Assembly: GCA_036265535.1 (NCBI GenBank)
Contig: DATAOV010000001.1
Location: 40,582 to 104,581, forward strand
Length of the DNA: 64,000 nt
From: Gaiellaceae bacterium
Lineage (GTDB): Bacteria > Actinomycetota > Thermoleophilia > Gaiellales > Gaiellaceae
Reading direction: 5' to 3'
Shown here: positions 30,482-40,663 of the stretch, one piece after another
How positions within the stretch are numbered: position 1 is the first letter of the stretch
Layout of the letters: every line of letters starts with the position of its first letter
Made by a program: the position numbers and the translations under genes
Notes under the pieces: model-generated
What the model saw: the letters and a program-made list of their open reading frames with translations, nothing else
What the model was told of the DNA's origin: nothing
Databases searched by the model: none

Positions 30482-31324
30482 GTGTCCGAACGGATCGACG
30501 TCTCCATCGAGCACAAGCACGCTCCTCCGCAGGACGGGCGGCCGCATCCCAACACGTGCCCGAAGTGCGACTCGCACTACCGCGACGACGAGCTCGAGCA
30601 GCACCTCAACGTCTGCCCCCACTGCGGCCACCACTTCCCTGTCCACGCGCGGGAGCGGATCCGCCAGCTCGCCGACCAGGACAGCTTCGTGGAGGAGGCC
30701 GCCGAGCTGCGCTCCGACGATCCGCTCGACTTCTTCGACCTGCGCCAGTACACCGAGCGGCTAGCCGAGGCAGAGCTCGCGACGGGGCTCGGCGAGGCGA
30801 TGGTGATCGGGCGCGGGTCGATCGAAGATCGACCTTGTCAGCTGGCCGTGATGGAGTTCGGCTTCATGGGCGGCTCGATGGGCCGCATCGTGGGCGAGAA
30901 GTTCGTGCGGGCGTGCGAGGGGGCGGCGGAGCGTGGAGTTCCGCTCGTCTCCGTCACGACCACGGGCGGCGCGCGCATGCAGGAAGGGATCCTGTCGCTG
31001 ATGCAACTGCCGAAGACGGTCTGTGCGGTCGAGGACCTGCACGACGCAGGTGGCACTCTCATCAGCGTGATGGCCCACCCGACCACGGCCGGCGTGCTCG
31101 CTAGCTTCGCGAGCCTCGGCGACGTCCTCGTGGCCGAGCCCGGCGCGTTGCTTTCGTTCACCGGTCCGCGGGTCGTCCAGCAGACCACGCGCGAGAGGCT
31201 GCCCGAGGACTTCGGCCTCGCCGAGTCCAACTACCGCCACGGCCACGTCGACGCGATCGTCCCTCGACCTGAGTTGCGCCCCACGCTGGGGCGCCTGCTC
31301 CGCATCTTCGCCAATGGCAGGTGA
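30482..31324 (+). CDS. accD: Acetyl-CoA carboxylase carboxyltransferase beta subunit
   Basis: Zinc ribbon CPKC..CPHC, FMGGSMG, and GGARMQEG. Confidence 0.93.
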   Translation: MSERIDVSIEHKHAPPQDGRPHPNTCPKCDSHYRDDELEQHLNVCPHCGHHFPVHARERIRQLADQDSFVEEAAELRSDDPLDFFDLRQYTERLAEAELATGLGEAMVIGRGSIEDRPCQLAVMEFGFMGGSMGRIVGEKFVRACEGAAERGVPLVSVTTTGGARMQEGILSLMQLPKTVCAVEDLHDAGGTLISVMAHPTTAGVLASFASLGDVLVAEPGALLSFTGPRVVQQTTRERLPEDFGLAESNYRHGHVDAIVPRPELRPTLGRLLRIFANGR

Positions 31325-32255
31325 GGCCGAACTGCGGCTGCGGGAGCAGCTGAGCAGGCTGAGGAGCCTGCCGCTCCTGCGGGGCGCGAAGCTCTCGAGT
31401 GAGCTTCAGCGCCTGCAGAAGCAGCTCGACCGCATCGGCGGCGAGCCGAGTGACGAGGAGATCTGGCGATCGGTCGAGCTGGCTCGCCACCCTGATCGGC
31501 CGTACACGCTCGACTACGTGGAGCGCCTCTTCGAGGAGTGGTTCGAGCTGCACGGCGACCGCCAACACGGCGACGATGCGGCCCTCGTGGCGGGGATCGG
31601 CCGCTTCCGCGGGCGCACGGTCGTGCTCGTGGGCAACCAGAAGGGCCGCGACGTCAAGGAGCGCACGCGACGCAACTTCGGGATGGCCTACCCGGAGGGC
31701 TACGGAAAGGCCATGCGCGCGATGGAGCTGGCCGACCGGCACGGCTTCCCGGTTGTGACGCTGGTGGACATTCCCGGCGCCTACCCAGGCGTGACCGCCG
31801 AGCAGCATGGGCAGGGCGGCGCGATCGCCCGCTCGCAGGCACTGATGTCGCGGCTCGGTGTGCCGGCGATCACATGCGTCATCGGGGAAGGCGGCTCCGG
31901 TGGCGCGATCGCAACGGCGCTCGCCGACCGCGTGCTGATGCAGGAAAACGCGATCTACACCGTGATCTCGCCCGAGGGCTGTGCGGCCATCCTCTGGCGT
32001 GACGCGGGCGAGGCTCGTAAGGCGGCCGCGGCCTTCAAGCCGGACGCGGCGCACTGTCTCGAGCTGGGCGTAATCGACGCGATCGTGCCTGAGCCCGGCG
32101 ACGGTGCGCATACCGACCATGACGAGGCGGCGCGGCTGCTCGGCGATGCGCTCGGCGAATCGCTCGAGGAGCTCGAAGGTCAATCGGGTGACGATCTACG
32201 CCGGCGTCGCCGTGTGCGGTTCCGCACAATCGGTCAAGTGCCGGCAACCCGCTAG
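31314..32255 (+). CDS. accA: Acetyl-CoA carboxylase carboxyltransferase alpha subunit
   Basis: HPDRPYTLDY, DIPGAYPG, and IGEGGSGGAIA. Confidence 0.93.
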   Translation: MAGEAELRLREQLSRLRSLPLLRGAKLSSELQRLQKQLDRIGGEPSDEEIWRSVELARHPDRPYTLDYVERLFEEWFELHGDRQHGDDAALVAGIGRFRGRTVVLVGNQKGRDVKERTRRNFGMAYPEGYGKAMRAMELADRHGFPVVTLVDIPGAYPGVTAEQHGQGGAIARSQALMSRLGVPAITCVIGEGGSGGAIATALADRVLMQENAIYTVISPEGCAAILWRDAGEARKAAAAFKPDAAHCLELGVIDAIVPEPGDGAHTDHDEAARLLGDALGESLEELEGQSGDDLRRRRRVRFRTIGQVPATR

Positions 32256-32276
32256 GAACCGGGGCAAGACCGGCGC

Positions 32277-32305
32277 TTTTCCACATCTTCCACAGGCTTA
32301 TCCCC
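32277..32305. promoter_or_regulatory. Tandem DnaA-box-like 9-mers outside the origin region
   Basis: TTTTCCACA (32277-32285) is directly followed by TCTTCCACA (32286-32294), then TTATCCCC (32298-32305). The first fits the TTWTNCACA consensus exactly. Confidence 0.35.
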
Positions 32306-32320
32306 TGACCGTACACATGC

Positions 32321-32364
32321 CGAGGCCGCCTTGTAGGCGGCCTCGACCCTAACCCCCCGTTAGG
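32321..32364. terminator. Two consecutive hairpins after accA, followed by CTTTTTG
   Basis: CGAGGCCGCC-ttgta-GGCGGCCTCG (32321-32345) and CCTAAC-ccccc-GTTAGG (32348-32364). A T-run follows at about 32374-32380. Confidence 0.5.
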
Positions 32365-32478
32365 TGGAGAAGCTTTTTGAAGAATACGACCCCGAGTTGT
32401 GATCTGTAATACCGCCGGCTGCGAAAATCGAAACACGACTGCGTTTTCGAGGTCGTATCGAGCGGGTAGCAGAGAGTC

Positions 32479-33294
32479 GTGGCGCGCTCGCTCTGGACCG
32501 GCACGATCTCCTTCGGCCTTGTCAGCGTGCCCGTGCGTATGTTCAGCGCGACCGAGTCCAAGGAGCTGCGCTTCCACTTTCTCGACAAGCGCGACCTGGC
32601 TCCGATCGGCTACGACAAGGTGCGCCGCGACACCGGCGAGCACGTCGACAACGACGAGATCGTCCGTGGCTTTGAGGTCGAGAAGGGCCGCTACGTGCCC
32701 CTCGAGGACGAGGACCTCGACCGGCTCGACGTCGAGCTGACGAAGACGATTGACATCTGCGACTTCGTCGACCTGGACGAGATCGACCCGATCTACTTCC
32801 GCAAGGCGTACTACCTCGAGCCTCAGGACGGCGCCGAGAAGCCGTACCGGCTGCTCGTCCGGGCGCTCGAGGAGACCGGCAAGATCGCGATCGCCAAGAT
32901 CGTGATCCGCAACAAGCAGCATCTGGCCGCGCTGCGCCCGTGGAACGGGACGCTCCTGCTCGAGACGATGTACTACGCAGACGAGGTGCGGCAGCCGGAG
33001 TCGGTAGACGGCAGCACGAAGCTGCGCAAGCCCGAGGTCGAGATGGCGAAGTCGCTCGTCGAGAACCTGAGCGCGAGCTTCGACCCGGAGAAGTACGACG
33101 ACACCTACCGCAAGGAGCTGCTCCAACTGCTGCGCGCGAAGGCGAAGGGCAAGGCGTTGCCCGAGCCGGAGCCCGAGGAAGAGGGCGAGGTCGTCGACCT
33201 GATGGCCGCCCTGCGCGAGTCGGTCGAGCGGACGCAGAAGCAGGACGCGAAGAAGCGCTCGCCTGGCCGGAAACGCGCGCGCAAGGCAAGCTAG
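32479..33294 (+). CDS. ku: Non-homologous end-joining protein Ku
   Basis: WTGTISFGLVSVPVRMFSA, a Ku core, and a basic C-terminal tail. Confidence 0.95.
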   Translation: MARSLWTGTISFGLVSVPVRMFSATESKELRFHFLDKRDLAPIGYDKVRRDTGEHVDNDEIVRGFEVEKGRYVPLEDEDLDRLDVELTKTIDICDFVDLDEIDPIYFRKAYYLEPQDGAEKPYRLLVRALEETGKIAIAKIVIRNKQHLAALRPWNGTLLLETMYYADEVRQPESVDGSTKLRKPEVEMAKSLVENLSASFDPEKYDDTYRKELLQLLRAKAKGKALPEPEPEEEGEVVDLMAALRESVERTQKQDAKKRSPGRKRARKAS

Positions 33295-33298
33295 GCAG

Positions 33299-35656
33299 GT
33301 GGCCGAGCCGAAGCTCCGCGAATACCGCCGCAAGCGGGACCCGAAGAAGACCCCGGAGCCGTTCAGCGGCAAGCGCAAGACGAAGGCTCCGATCTTCGTC
33401 ATCCAGCGTCACGACGCGCGTCGGCTCCATTACGACTTTCGCCTCGAGCGCGACGGCGCGCTCGCAAGCTGGGCTGTGCCGAAGGGCATCCCGCTCGAGA
33501 CGGGACAGCGCCATCTCGCCGTGCACGTCGAGGACCACCCGCTCGACTACGCGAGCTTCGAGGGCGAGATCCCGAAAGGAGAGTACGGCGCCGGCACCGT
33601 CGAGATCTGGGACCGCGGCATCTACGACCTCGTCGAGGAAAAACGCGACGGCGGCCTCACCGTCCGGTTGCACGGGGAGCGACTCGACGGCGTCTGGACG
33701 CTCGTGCCCGCCAAGCTCGACGGCGACCCGAAGAACTGGCTCCTGATCCGCAAGAGCGAGGACGGCCGTGCGGCGACGGGCTCGCGCCGCAAGTACGCGC
33801 CGATGTTCGCCACGCTCTCCGACGAAAAGAGCATGCCGCGCGGCGAAGGGTGGGAGTTCGAGATCAAGTGGGACGGCTACCGGATCATCGGGTACGTCGT
33901 CGGCGGCGAGTCTGAGCTGCGTACGCGCAAGGATCAGGACTACACCGCGCGCTTCGCAAACGTCGCCAAGGAGCTCGTCAAGGCGACGAAGACCCCGGAC
34001 TGCATCGTCGACGGGGAGGTCTGCGCCCTCGACGAGGAGGGCCGCCCGAGCTTCTCCGCGATGCAGCAGGCCAAGCCGGGCACGCCGATCGTGTACTACG
34101 TCTTCGACCTGCTCGAAGTGGACGGCGAGCCGATCGTCGACCTGCCTCTCGCGGAACGGCGGGCGCGCCTCGAGGACCTGCTCGACAGGCGCAACCGCAC
34201 CGTCCAATTCTCGGACGCCTTCGACGACGGCCGGGCGCTGATGCGGGCGGCACGGGAGCGGCGGCTCGAGGGGATCATGGGCAAGCGGCTCGACTCGAGG
34301 TACCTGCCGGGGAAGCGCTCACGCGACTGGCTGAAGTTCAAGGCGCACTTCGAGCAGGAGCTCGTGATCGCCGGCTACACGCGCGGGAAGGGGCGCCGCG
34401 AATGGTCGTTCGGCTCGCTCGTGCTCGCGGTGCAGGGTGACGGCGGCCTCGAGTACGTCGGCAACGTCGGCACCGGCTTCGACGACGCCGAGATCGAGAG
34501 GCTGCTGAAGAAGCTCCGTCCGCTCGAACGGAAGGGGTCGCCGTTTCCGCAGGTGCCGAAGCTGCCGCGCGTTCGAAAGGACGACGTCCTCTGGGTCGAG
34601 CCGAAGCTGGTCGCCGAGGTCTCGTTTGCCGAGTGGACGCACGACGGCCGGCTGCGCGCTCCGGTCTACCAAGGGCTGCGCGAGGACAAGAGCGCGGAGG
34701 AGGTGAGGCGTGAATTGCCGGGTGAGGCGCCGGCGGCGGCGATGCCGTCCGTGATCAAGAAGGGCAAGCGTGCCGTGCGCCTCTCGAACCTCGACAAGCC
34801 GTTCTGGCCGGAGGAGGGGATCACCAAGGGCGACCTGCTCGCCTTCTATCGCGACGTGGCGTCGGTGGTCGTGCCGCACGTGAAGGACCGGCCGTTCACG
34901 ATGAAGCGCTACCCCGACGGCTGGCAGGGCAAGCACTTTTTCCAGAAGGACGCGCCCAGAGGGATGCCGGAGTGGATCCCGACGGTCGAGATCGAAGTCA
35001 CGACCCGTGAGAAGCCGCGGCAGCGGCGCACGATCAGCGCTCCGCTCGTGAACGACGAGCTCGCACTCCTGTGGATGGTGAACATGGGCTGCATCGACCT
35101 CAACACCTGGTACTCGCGGGTGGACAAGCTCGACCGGCCGGACTTCGTGCTCTTCGACCTCGATCCCTCGGACGACGTCGGCTTCCCCGAGACCGTGCAG
35201 GTGGCGCTGCTCGTCAAGCAGGCGCTCGACGCGCTCGGGCTCGAGTCGTTCTGCAAGACGAGCGGCGCCGACGGCATCCACGTGCTCGTGCCCGTCGACC
35301 GCCGCCATACCTACGAGGACACACGCAAGTTCGCTGAGATCGTCGCCGGCGCACTGGCCTCGACGCACCGCGGGCTCGTCACGACGGAGTGGTCGAAGGC
35401 GAAGCGGAGAGGTGTGCTGATCGACGCGAACCAGAACGGCGAGGGGAAGACGATCGCCTCGGTCTACTCGGTGCGCCCGAAGGCCGGCGCGCCGGTCTCG
35501 ACGCCGCTCCGCTGGGACGAGGTGGACGAGTCGCTCGACCCGGCGGCCTTCACGACGGACGTGGTGCGCAAGCGGGTCGAGGAGCACGGCGACCTCTTCG
35601 AAGGCGTCCTGAGGGTGAGGCAATCGCTGGGCGCTGCGCTTCGTACCCTGCGCTAG
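33299..35656 (+). CDS. ligD: Multidomain ATP-dependent DNA ligase LigD (phosphoesterase - ligase - polymerase/primase order)
   Basis: PE domain FVIQRHDARRLHYDFRLE, ligase KxDG (EIKWDGYR), and primase-pol KHFFQKDAP, FDLDP, SGADGIHV. Confidence 0.95.
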   Translation: MAEPKLREYRRKRDPKKTPEPFSGKRKTKAPIFVIQRHDARRLHYDFRLERDGALASWAVPKGIPLETGQRHLAVHVEDHPLDYASFEGEIPKGEYGAGTVEIWDRGIYDLVEEKRDGGLTVRLHGERLDGVWTLVPAKLDGDPKNWLLIRKSEDGRAATGSRRKYAPMFATLSDEKSMPRGEGWEFEIKWDGYRIIGYVVGGESELRTRKDQDYTARFANVAKELVKATKTPDCIVDGEVCALDEEGRPSFSAMQQAKPGTPIVYYVFDLLEVDGEPIVDLPLAERRARLEDLLDRRNRTVQFSDAFDDGRALMRAARERRLEGIMGKRLDSRYLPGKRSRDWLKFKAHFEQELVIAGYTRGKGRREWSFGSLVLAVQGDGGLEYVGNVGTGFDDAEIERLLKKLRPLERKGSPFPQVPKLPRVRKDDVLWVEPKLVAEVSFAEWTHDGRLRAPVYQGLREDKSAEEVRRELPGEAPAAAMPSVIKKGKRAVRLSNLDKPFWPEEGITKGDLLAFYRDVASVVVPHVKDRPFTMKRYPDGWQGKHFFQKDAPRGMPEWIPTVEIEVTTREKPRQRRTISAPLVNDELALLWMVNMGCIDLNTWYSRVDKLDRPDFVLFDLDPSDDVGFPETVQVALLVKQALDALGLESFCKTSGADGIHVLVPVDRRHTYEDTRKFAEIVAGALASTHRGLVTTEWSKAKRRGVLIDANQNGEGKTIASVYSVRPKAGAPVSTPLRWDEVDESLDPAAFTTDVVRKRVEEHGDLFEGVLRVRQSLGAALRTLR

Positions 35657-35830
35657 GGGCTGCTAGGCTCTGTCGCGTTGCTGTCCGGCAAAGGAGGTGC
35701 GCCATGACGTCGATTGCACCCTCCGGTCGCAGAGCCTGAGGCTCCCGGCTAGCCGAACCACACCTTTGTAGCGAGCTCCCGAGTCTCGGGCCGTGTCCGG
35801 TCCGTTTACCCCATCCCGAAGGAGACTCGC

Positions 35831-36865
35831 GTGAACCTGCACGATTTCGGCTGGGACGAGGGCTTCGCCGCCTCGTTCGAGCCATACCGAGAGGAATACG
35901 AGCCGGCCCGTGTCGCCGCGCAGCACCGCGGCGGCTACGACGTGCGTGTCGAGGCCGGTGAACGGCGTGTTCGCTTGACCGGCCGTCTGCGCCACGAGGC
36001 CGCTTCGGCCGCGGAGCTGCCCGCCGTCGGCGACTGGGTCGTGCTTCGCGACGACACGATCCACGCGGTCCTGCCGCGGCGCTCGGCGTTCTCGCGCAAG
36101 GCCGCGTGGTCGCCGACCGAGGAGCAAGTGCTGGCCGCGAACCTCGACGCGATCTTCGTCGTCAGCGCGCTGAACGGCGACCTGAACCTGCGGCGGCTCG
36201 AGCGCTACCTCACCCTCGCCTGGGAGAGCGGGGCCACGCCGGTGCTCGTCTTGACGAAGGCCGATCTCTGTGACGACGTCGGCGCGGCGCTGCTCGAGGT
36301 CGAGCAAGTCGCTCTGGGCGTGGCCGCCCACGCGGTCAGCAACCTCAGTGGGGCTGGGCTCGATGAGCTCGCTGCCTATCTGTCTCGCGCGAAGACGGTT
36401 GCGCTGCTCGGCTCGTCAGGGGTGGGCAAGTCGACCCTGGCGAACCGGCTCGCCGGCGAAGAGCTGCAGGTGACGCACGAGATCGCGGAGGACGGGCGTG
36501 GCCGGCACACCACGACCAGCCGCCAGCTGATCCGGCTGCCCGGCGGCGCGCTGCTCGTCGACACTCCGGGTCTGCGCGAGATCCAGCTCTGGGATGCCGA
36601 CGACGGCATCCAGGAGGCCTTCGCGGACGTGGACGAGCTTGCGGCCGACTGCCGCTTCAACGACTGCGCGCACCTGCGCGAGCCCGGCTGCGCCGTGCAG
36701 GCGGCGATCGACGAGGGCCGTCTCCCACGCGAGCGGCTCCAGAGCTACCGCCAGCTCCAACGCGAGCTGAGGCGGCTGGCCATGAAGCAGGACGCGCGAC
36801 TGCGCTCGGAGGCACGGAAGCAGCGGGCGGCCTTTGCCCGCAGCCTCCGGAAGACGTCGTGGTGA
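35831..36865 (+). CDS. rsgA: Ribosome small-subunit-dependent GTPase RsgA/YjeQ
   Basis: Circularly permuted GTPase: LTKADL, GSSGVGKSTL, DTPG. Zinc knuckle CRFNDCAHLREPGCAV. SD GAAGGAG before GTG. Confidence 0.9.
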   Translation: MNLHDFGWDEGFAASFEPYREEYEPARVAAQHRGGYDVRVEAGERRVRLTGRLRHEAASAAELPAVGDWVVLRDDTIHAVLPRRSAFSRKAAWSPTEEQVLAANLDAIFVVSALNGDLNLRRLERYLTLAWESGATPVLVLTKADLCDDVGAALLEVEQVALGVAAHAVSNLSGAGLDELAAYLSRAKTVALLGSSGVGKSTLANRLAGEELQVTHEIAEDGRGRHTTTSRQLIRLPGGALLVDTPGLREIQLWDADDGIQEAFADVDELAADCRFNDCAHLREPGCAVQAAIDEGRLPRERLQSYRQLQRELRRLAMKQDARLRSEARKQRAAFARSLRKTSW

Positions 36866-36866
36866 G

Positions 36867-37714
36867 CTACAGGTCCTTGTGGGCGAACCCGGCGGCGGCG
36901 AGGAGGCCGACGATCGCGAGGTAGGCGAGCGCCCAGAGGCGCAGGAGCGCGCCGCCCGTATAGGCCCCGCCGAACGGCCCGAGCTGGAGGAGGAAGCCCG
37001 TAAACCCGGTGGTGTTGGCCGTGATCTGCCGTAGCCCGTCCTGGTAGAGCGCCTCGAAGGGGATCGCCCAGGCGGCGATCTTGGCGGAGTGTTGGAGGGT
37101 GTGCGAGTTGAGCGCGTGGCCGATCGAGCCGAGGAGCCCGGCGACGAGCCCGGCGCCGAAGATCATGAAGATCGCGATCCCGTTGGCCGTCGAGGTCAGG
37201 AACACCGAGCCGAGCAGCGAGAGCGCGGCGACGATCGCGACGCCGCCGGCCAGCTCGACGCCCGGGACGACGATGCGATCGGGCCACCAGTGCCCCGTGA
37301 GGCCGGTGATCACCATCGCCGCCGCGTAGACGGCGCCGACGTACGGCGCGCACACCGCGACCGCGCCCAGCCAGCGGGCGAAGAGGAGTGTCGAGCGGCC
37401 GACCGGCCGCACGACCAGCGGTTGCAGCAGCCCTCGCTCGGCATCTCCGCGCACGACGCCGAGCGTCAGGAACACGGCCAGCACGACCCCGAGGAAGAGG
37501 GTCGCGAACATCGCCAGGCCGAACATGAACGCTCCCGCGAAGGCGCGCGCGTCGATTCCCGCGGGCGGAGTGATGTTCTCGACGTCGCGAAAGACATAGT
37601 GGTTCGCGAGCCAGTAGAGCCCGAGGAAGCCGAGGGTCAGCAGGAGGACGACCGCGAACACTTTCCGCCGCAGGGCCTCGCGCAGGCCGTAGCCGACGAT
37701 GGTCGGGATCGAGC

Positions 37715-37718
<4 letters not shown>
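36867..37718 (-). CDS. ABC-2 type transporter permease
   Basis: Six predicted TM segments. GTG 37718 overlaps the ATPase stop (GTGA). The upstream part of track ORF 36867..38294 is out of frame over the ATPase gene. Confidence 0.75.
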
Positions 37719-38557
<839 letters not shown>

Positions 38558-38567
38558 TTCCGCGAGT

Positions 38568-39311
38568 CTACGTGCGAGGCGCGAAGAACTTCGTGTAGTG
38601 GCCGAGCTCGTCGAAACCGAGGCGGCGATACAGCTCCTTGGGCCAGTCCTCGGCGTCCGCCACGAGGAACACGAAGTCGGCTCCGCCCTCCCGTGCGTGC
38701 GCGATCCCGGCGAGGATGACCGCTGTCGCGTAGCCGCTGCCGCGGTGCTCGGGCAGTGTGCCGACGTCCTCGATCTGAGCGTCGGCACCGTCCGTGTAGA
38801 GGTCGGTGTAGCTGACGACCTCGCCGCCAATCTGGATGCCGAAGAAGCGGGCGGTCACCCGCTCGCCGATCAGCGCTTTCGCCCGGAAGAGCTGGTCGAC
38901 GACGTCGGGCTTCGCCCAGGGCTGGTCCTCGAGCAGTCGGCGTCGGGCGGGCCTGAGCGCCTCCTCGTCCAGCTCGCGGACGAGCGAAAGGTCGGCCGAT
39001 CGGTCGGGATCCCGCAGCTGCGCCATGACCAGGTGCCGGTCGATGCGCCAGCCGTGCTCGGCAAACCAGGGCGCAAGCTTCGCTCCCAGCTCGTTGTCCG
39101 GGACGAAGATCAGGCGCCGCTCGAGCCGTTCCGCCTCGGCCACGAGCTCCTTGGGGCCGGCCTCGCGCTCGACCCAGAGGTAGTTGCAGTCCGAGCGCTT
39201 CGGCACCTCGTCGGTGTAGACGGCTCGGCCGTAGGGCGAGTCGACCGTCCGGCTCCCGCCCATGTCGCCGCGCGCCAGGAAGGCGTAGGCGTGGGCGAGC
39301 TCGTCACGCAT
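38568..39311 (-). CDS. GNAT family N-acetyltransferase
   Basis: Motif A EDVGTLPEHRGSGYATAV and C-terminal ELYRRLGF. Start ATG 39311 (MRDELAHAYAF); the upstream part of the track ORF is Arg/Pro-rich filler. Confidence 0.75.
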   Translation of the reverse strand: MRDELAHAYAFLARGDMGGSRTVDSPYGRAVYTDEVPKRSDCNYLWVEREAGPKELVAEAERLERRLIFVPDNELGAKLAPWFAEHGWRIDRHLVMAQLRDPDRSADLSLVRELDEEALRPARRRLLEDQPWAKPDVVDQLFRAKALIGERVTARFFGIQIGGEVVSYTDLYTDGADAQIEDVGTLPEHRGSGYATAVILAGIAHAREGGADFVFLVADAEDWPKELYRRLGFDELGHYTKFFAPRT

Positions 39312-39625
39312 CGTCGAGACGTTCCGGGCGGCCGAGCATCGAGAGCCTTTCGAGGGTCTCCACCTGCACACGAGTACGCTCGAGGTCGAGGTGGGTCGCG
39401 TGCCCGAGCGCGAGCTCGGAATGCGGGCACATCCCGCGTAGCGGGACCACCACGTGGCGCGGTTCCAGGGTTCCCGAGGCCGCCTCAGGCAGCATCGGCG
39501 TGTAGAGCCCCGAGTTCTCGGGGCTGACGATCGTGGCGCCGCGCTTGCGCAGGCAGGGCGACGTTGCCGCCGGGGAAGCCTCCGCCGACGACCAGCGTTC
39601 CGCCGCGAGCCTGCCGGTCGGCCAT
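39304..39625 (-). pseudogene. Frameshifted, truncated remnant of a type II NADH dehydrogenase (NDH-2)-like flavoprotein
   Basis: ATG 39625 opens MADRQARGGTLVVGGGFPGGNVA (Rossmann GGGFxG) and this frame stops after 46 codons. A shifted frame continues CLRKRGATIVSPENSGLYTPMLPEAASGTLEPRHVVVPLRG...THLDLERTRVQVETLE. It then ends at 39304 inside the start region of the GNAT gene, roughly 100 codons where NDH-2 enzymes are several hundred residues. Confidence 0.6.
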
Positions 39626-39654
39626 GCCTTACTATCGCGGCTGTGGCCCTGGAG

Positions 39655-39828
39655 ATGCGGAGGTCCTGCGAGCGCTGCGGAACCGGCCTGACCGAGGACG
39701 GCGATGCGTACATCTGCTCGCACGAGTGCACGTTCTGCCGGGCCTGCACCGACGAGCTGGGCGAGCGCTGCCCGAACTGCGGCGGCGAGCTCCTCCGCAG
39801 ACCTAGGCGCGCAGCAGCGGCCGGGTGA
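39655..39828 (+). CDS. DUF1272-like small zinc-binding protein (57 aa)
   Basis: MRRSCERCGTGL...[33 protein letters not shown] has four CxxC-type pairs. It is the inner ATG of track ORF 39454..39828. Confidence 0.7.
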   Translation: MRRSCERCGTGLTEDGDAYICSHECTFCRACTDELGERCPNCGGELLRRPRRAAAAG

Positions 39829-40663
39829 GACAGGTCGGGCCGCCGTCGCCCTTCGAGAGCTCCTCGCCCGCGTAGACGAGGACCTCGACGCCGGCCCGCT
39901 CCATCCGGCGGCGCGTCTCCGGGTTGCCGTCGACCGCGAGCGCAACCCGCGGGGCGAGGGCGAGCACGTTGGAGCCCATCGAGTGGAACTCCTCGTCCGG
40001 GACCTCGACGAGCTCGACTCCGCGTTCCTCGAGCAGTTGTACGAGGCGGGTCGGCAGGAGCGGCGAATAGACGACGGCGAGGTCCGGGGCGAGCGGGCTG
40101 ATCAACGACATCAGGTGCATCACCTCGCCGCGGCCGTGCCAGTGCGGGAGATCGAAGGCCAGCACCTCGACTCCTCGGAGAAGCTCGCGTAGCCGGGCGA
40201 TCCCGGCCTCGTTCGTCCGGTAGCCGCGGCCCACGAGGAGGGTGTCCTCGTCGAGCCAGCAGCAGTCGCCGCCCTCCGCCCGCTCGGGATCCTCGAGCCG
40301 GCCGACGACCGGCACGCGGGCTCGCTCGAAGTCGGCGGCCATCGCCTCAACCTCGCCGCGGCGGCATCTCTTGCCGGGGTGGAGGAGGAGGGCGCCGGCG
40401 TCGGCGACGAGCGCGGGGTCGTAGGTGTAGATCGCGTCTGGGTTGCGGGCGGGCGACTCTGCGAGCACGACCTCCGCGCCGGCTCCCTCGAGCAGCTCGC
40501 AGAACGCTTCGTGCTCGCGTGCGATCGCGGCCGCGTCGGGCTCCGCGCGCCAGCTGCACGTCACCCACTCCTGGAGATCCTCCGGCTGCGGCCTGCGCAC
40601 CAGCACACGCCGGAGCTCGCCGGTCATCGACTGGCACCCGTACAGCTTCGGCTCGACCGTCAC
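39803..40663 (-). CDS. Amidinotransferase-superfamily protein (DDAH / arginine deiminase-like)
   Basis: C-terminal catalytic-Cys motif [12 protein letters not shown]. Internal [12 protein letters not shown] and [21 protein letters not shown]. Confidence 0.8.
   Translation of the reverse strand: MTVEPKLYGCQSMTGELRRVLVRRPQPEDLQEWVTCSWRAEPDAAAIAREHEAFCELLEGAGAEVVLAESPARNPDAIYTYDPALVADAGALLLHPGKRCRRGEVEAMAADFERARVPVVGRLEDPERAEGGDCCWLDEDTLLVGRGYRTNEAGIARLRELLRGVEVLAFDLPHWHGRGEVMHLMSLISPLAPDLAVVYSPLLPTRLVQLLEERGVELVEVPDEEFHSMGSNVLALAPRVALAVDGNPETRRRMERAGVEVLVYAGEELSKGDGGPTCLTRPLLRA

Noticed and set aside
39454-39654. N-terminal 67 codons of track ORF 39454..39828.
   Set aside because: The region is antisense to the NDH-2 remnant and Arg-rich. 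The DUF1272-like Cys pattern begins only at ATG 39655.
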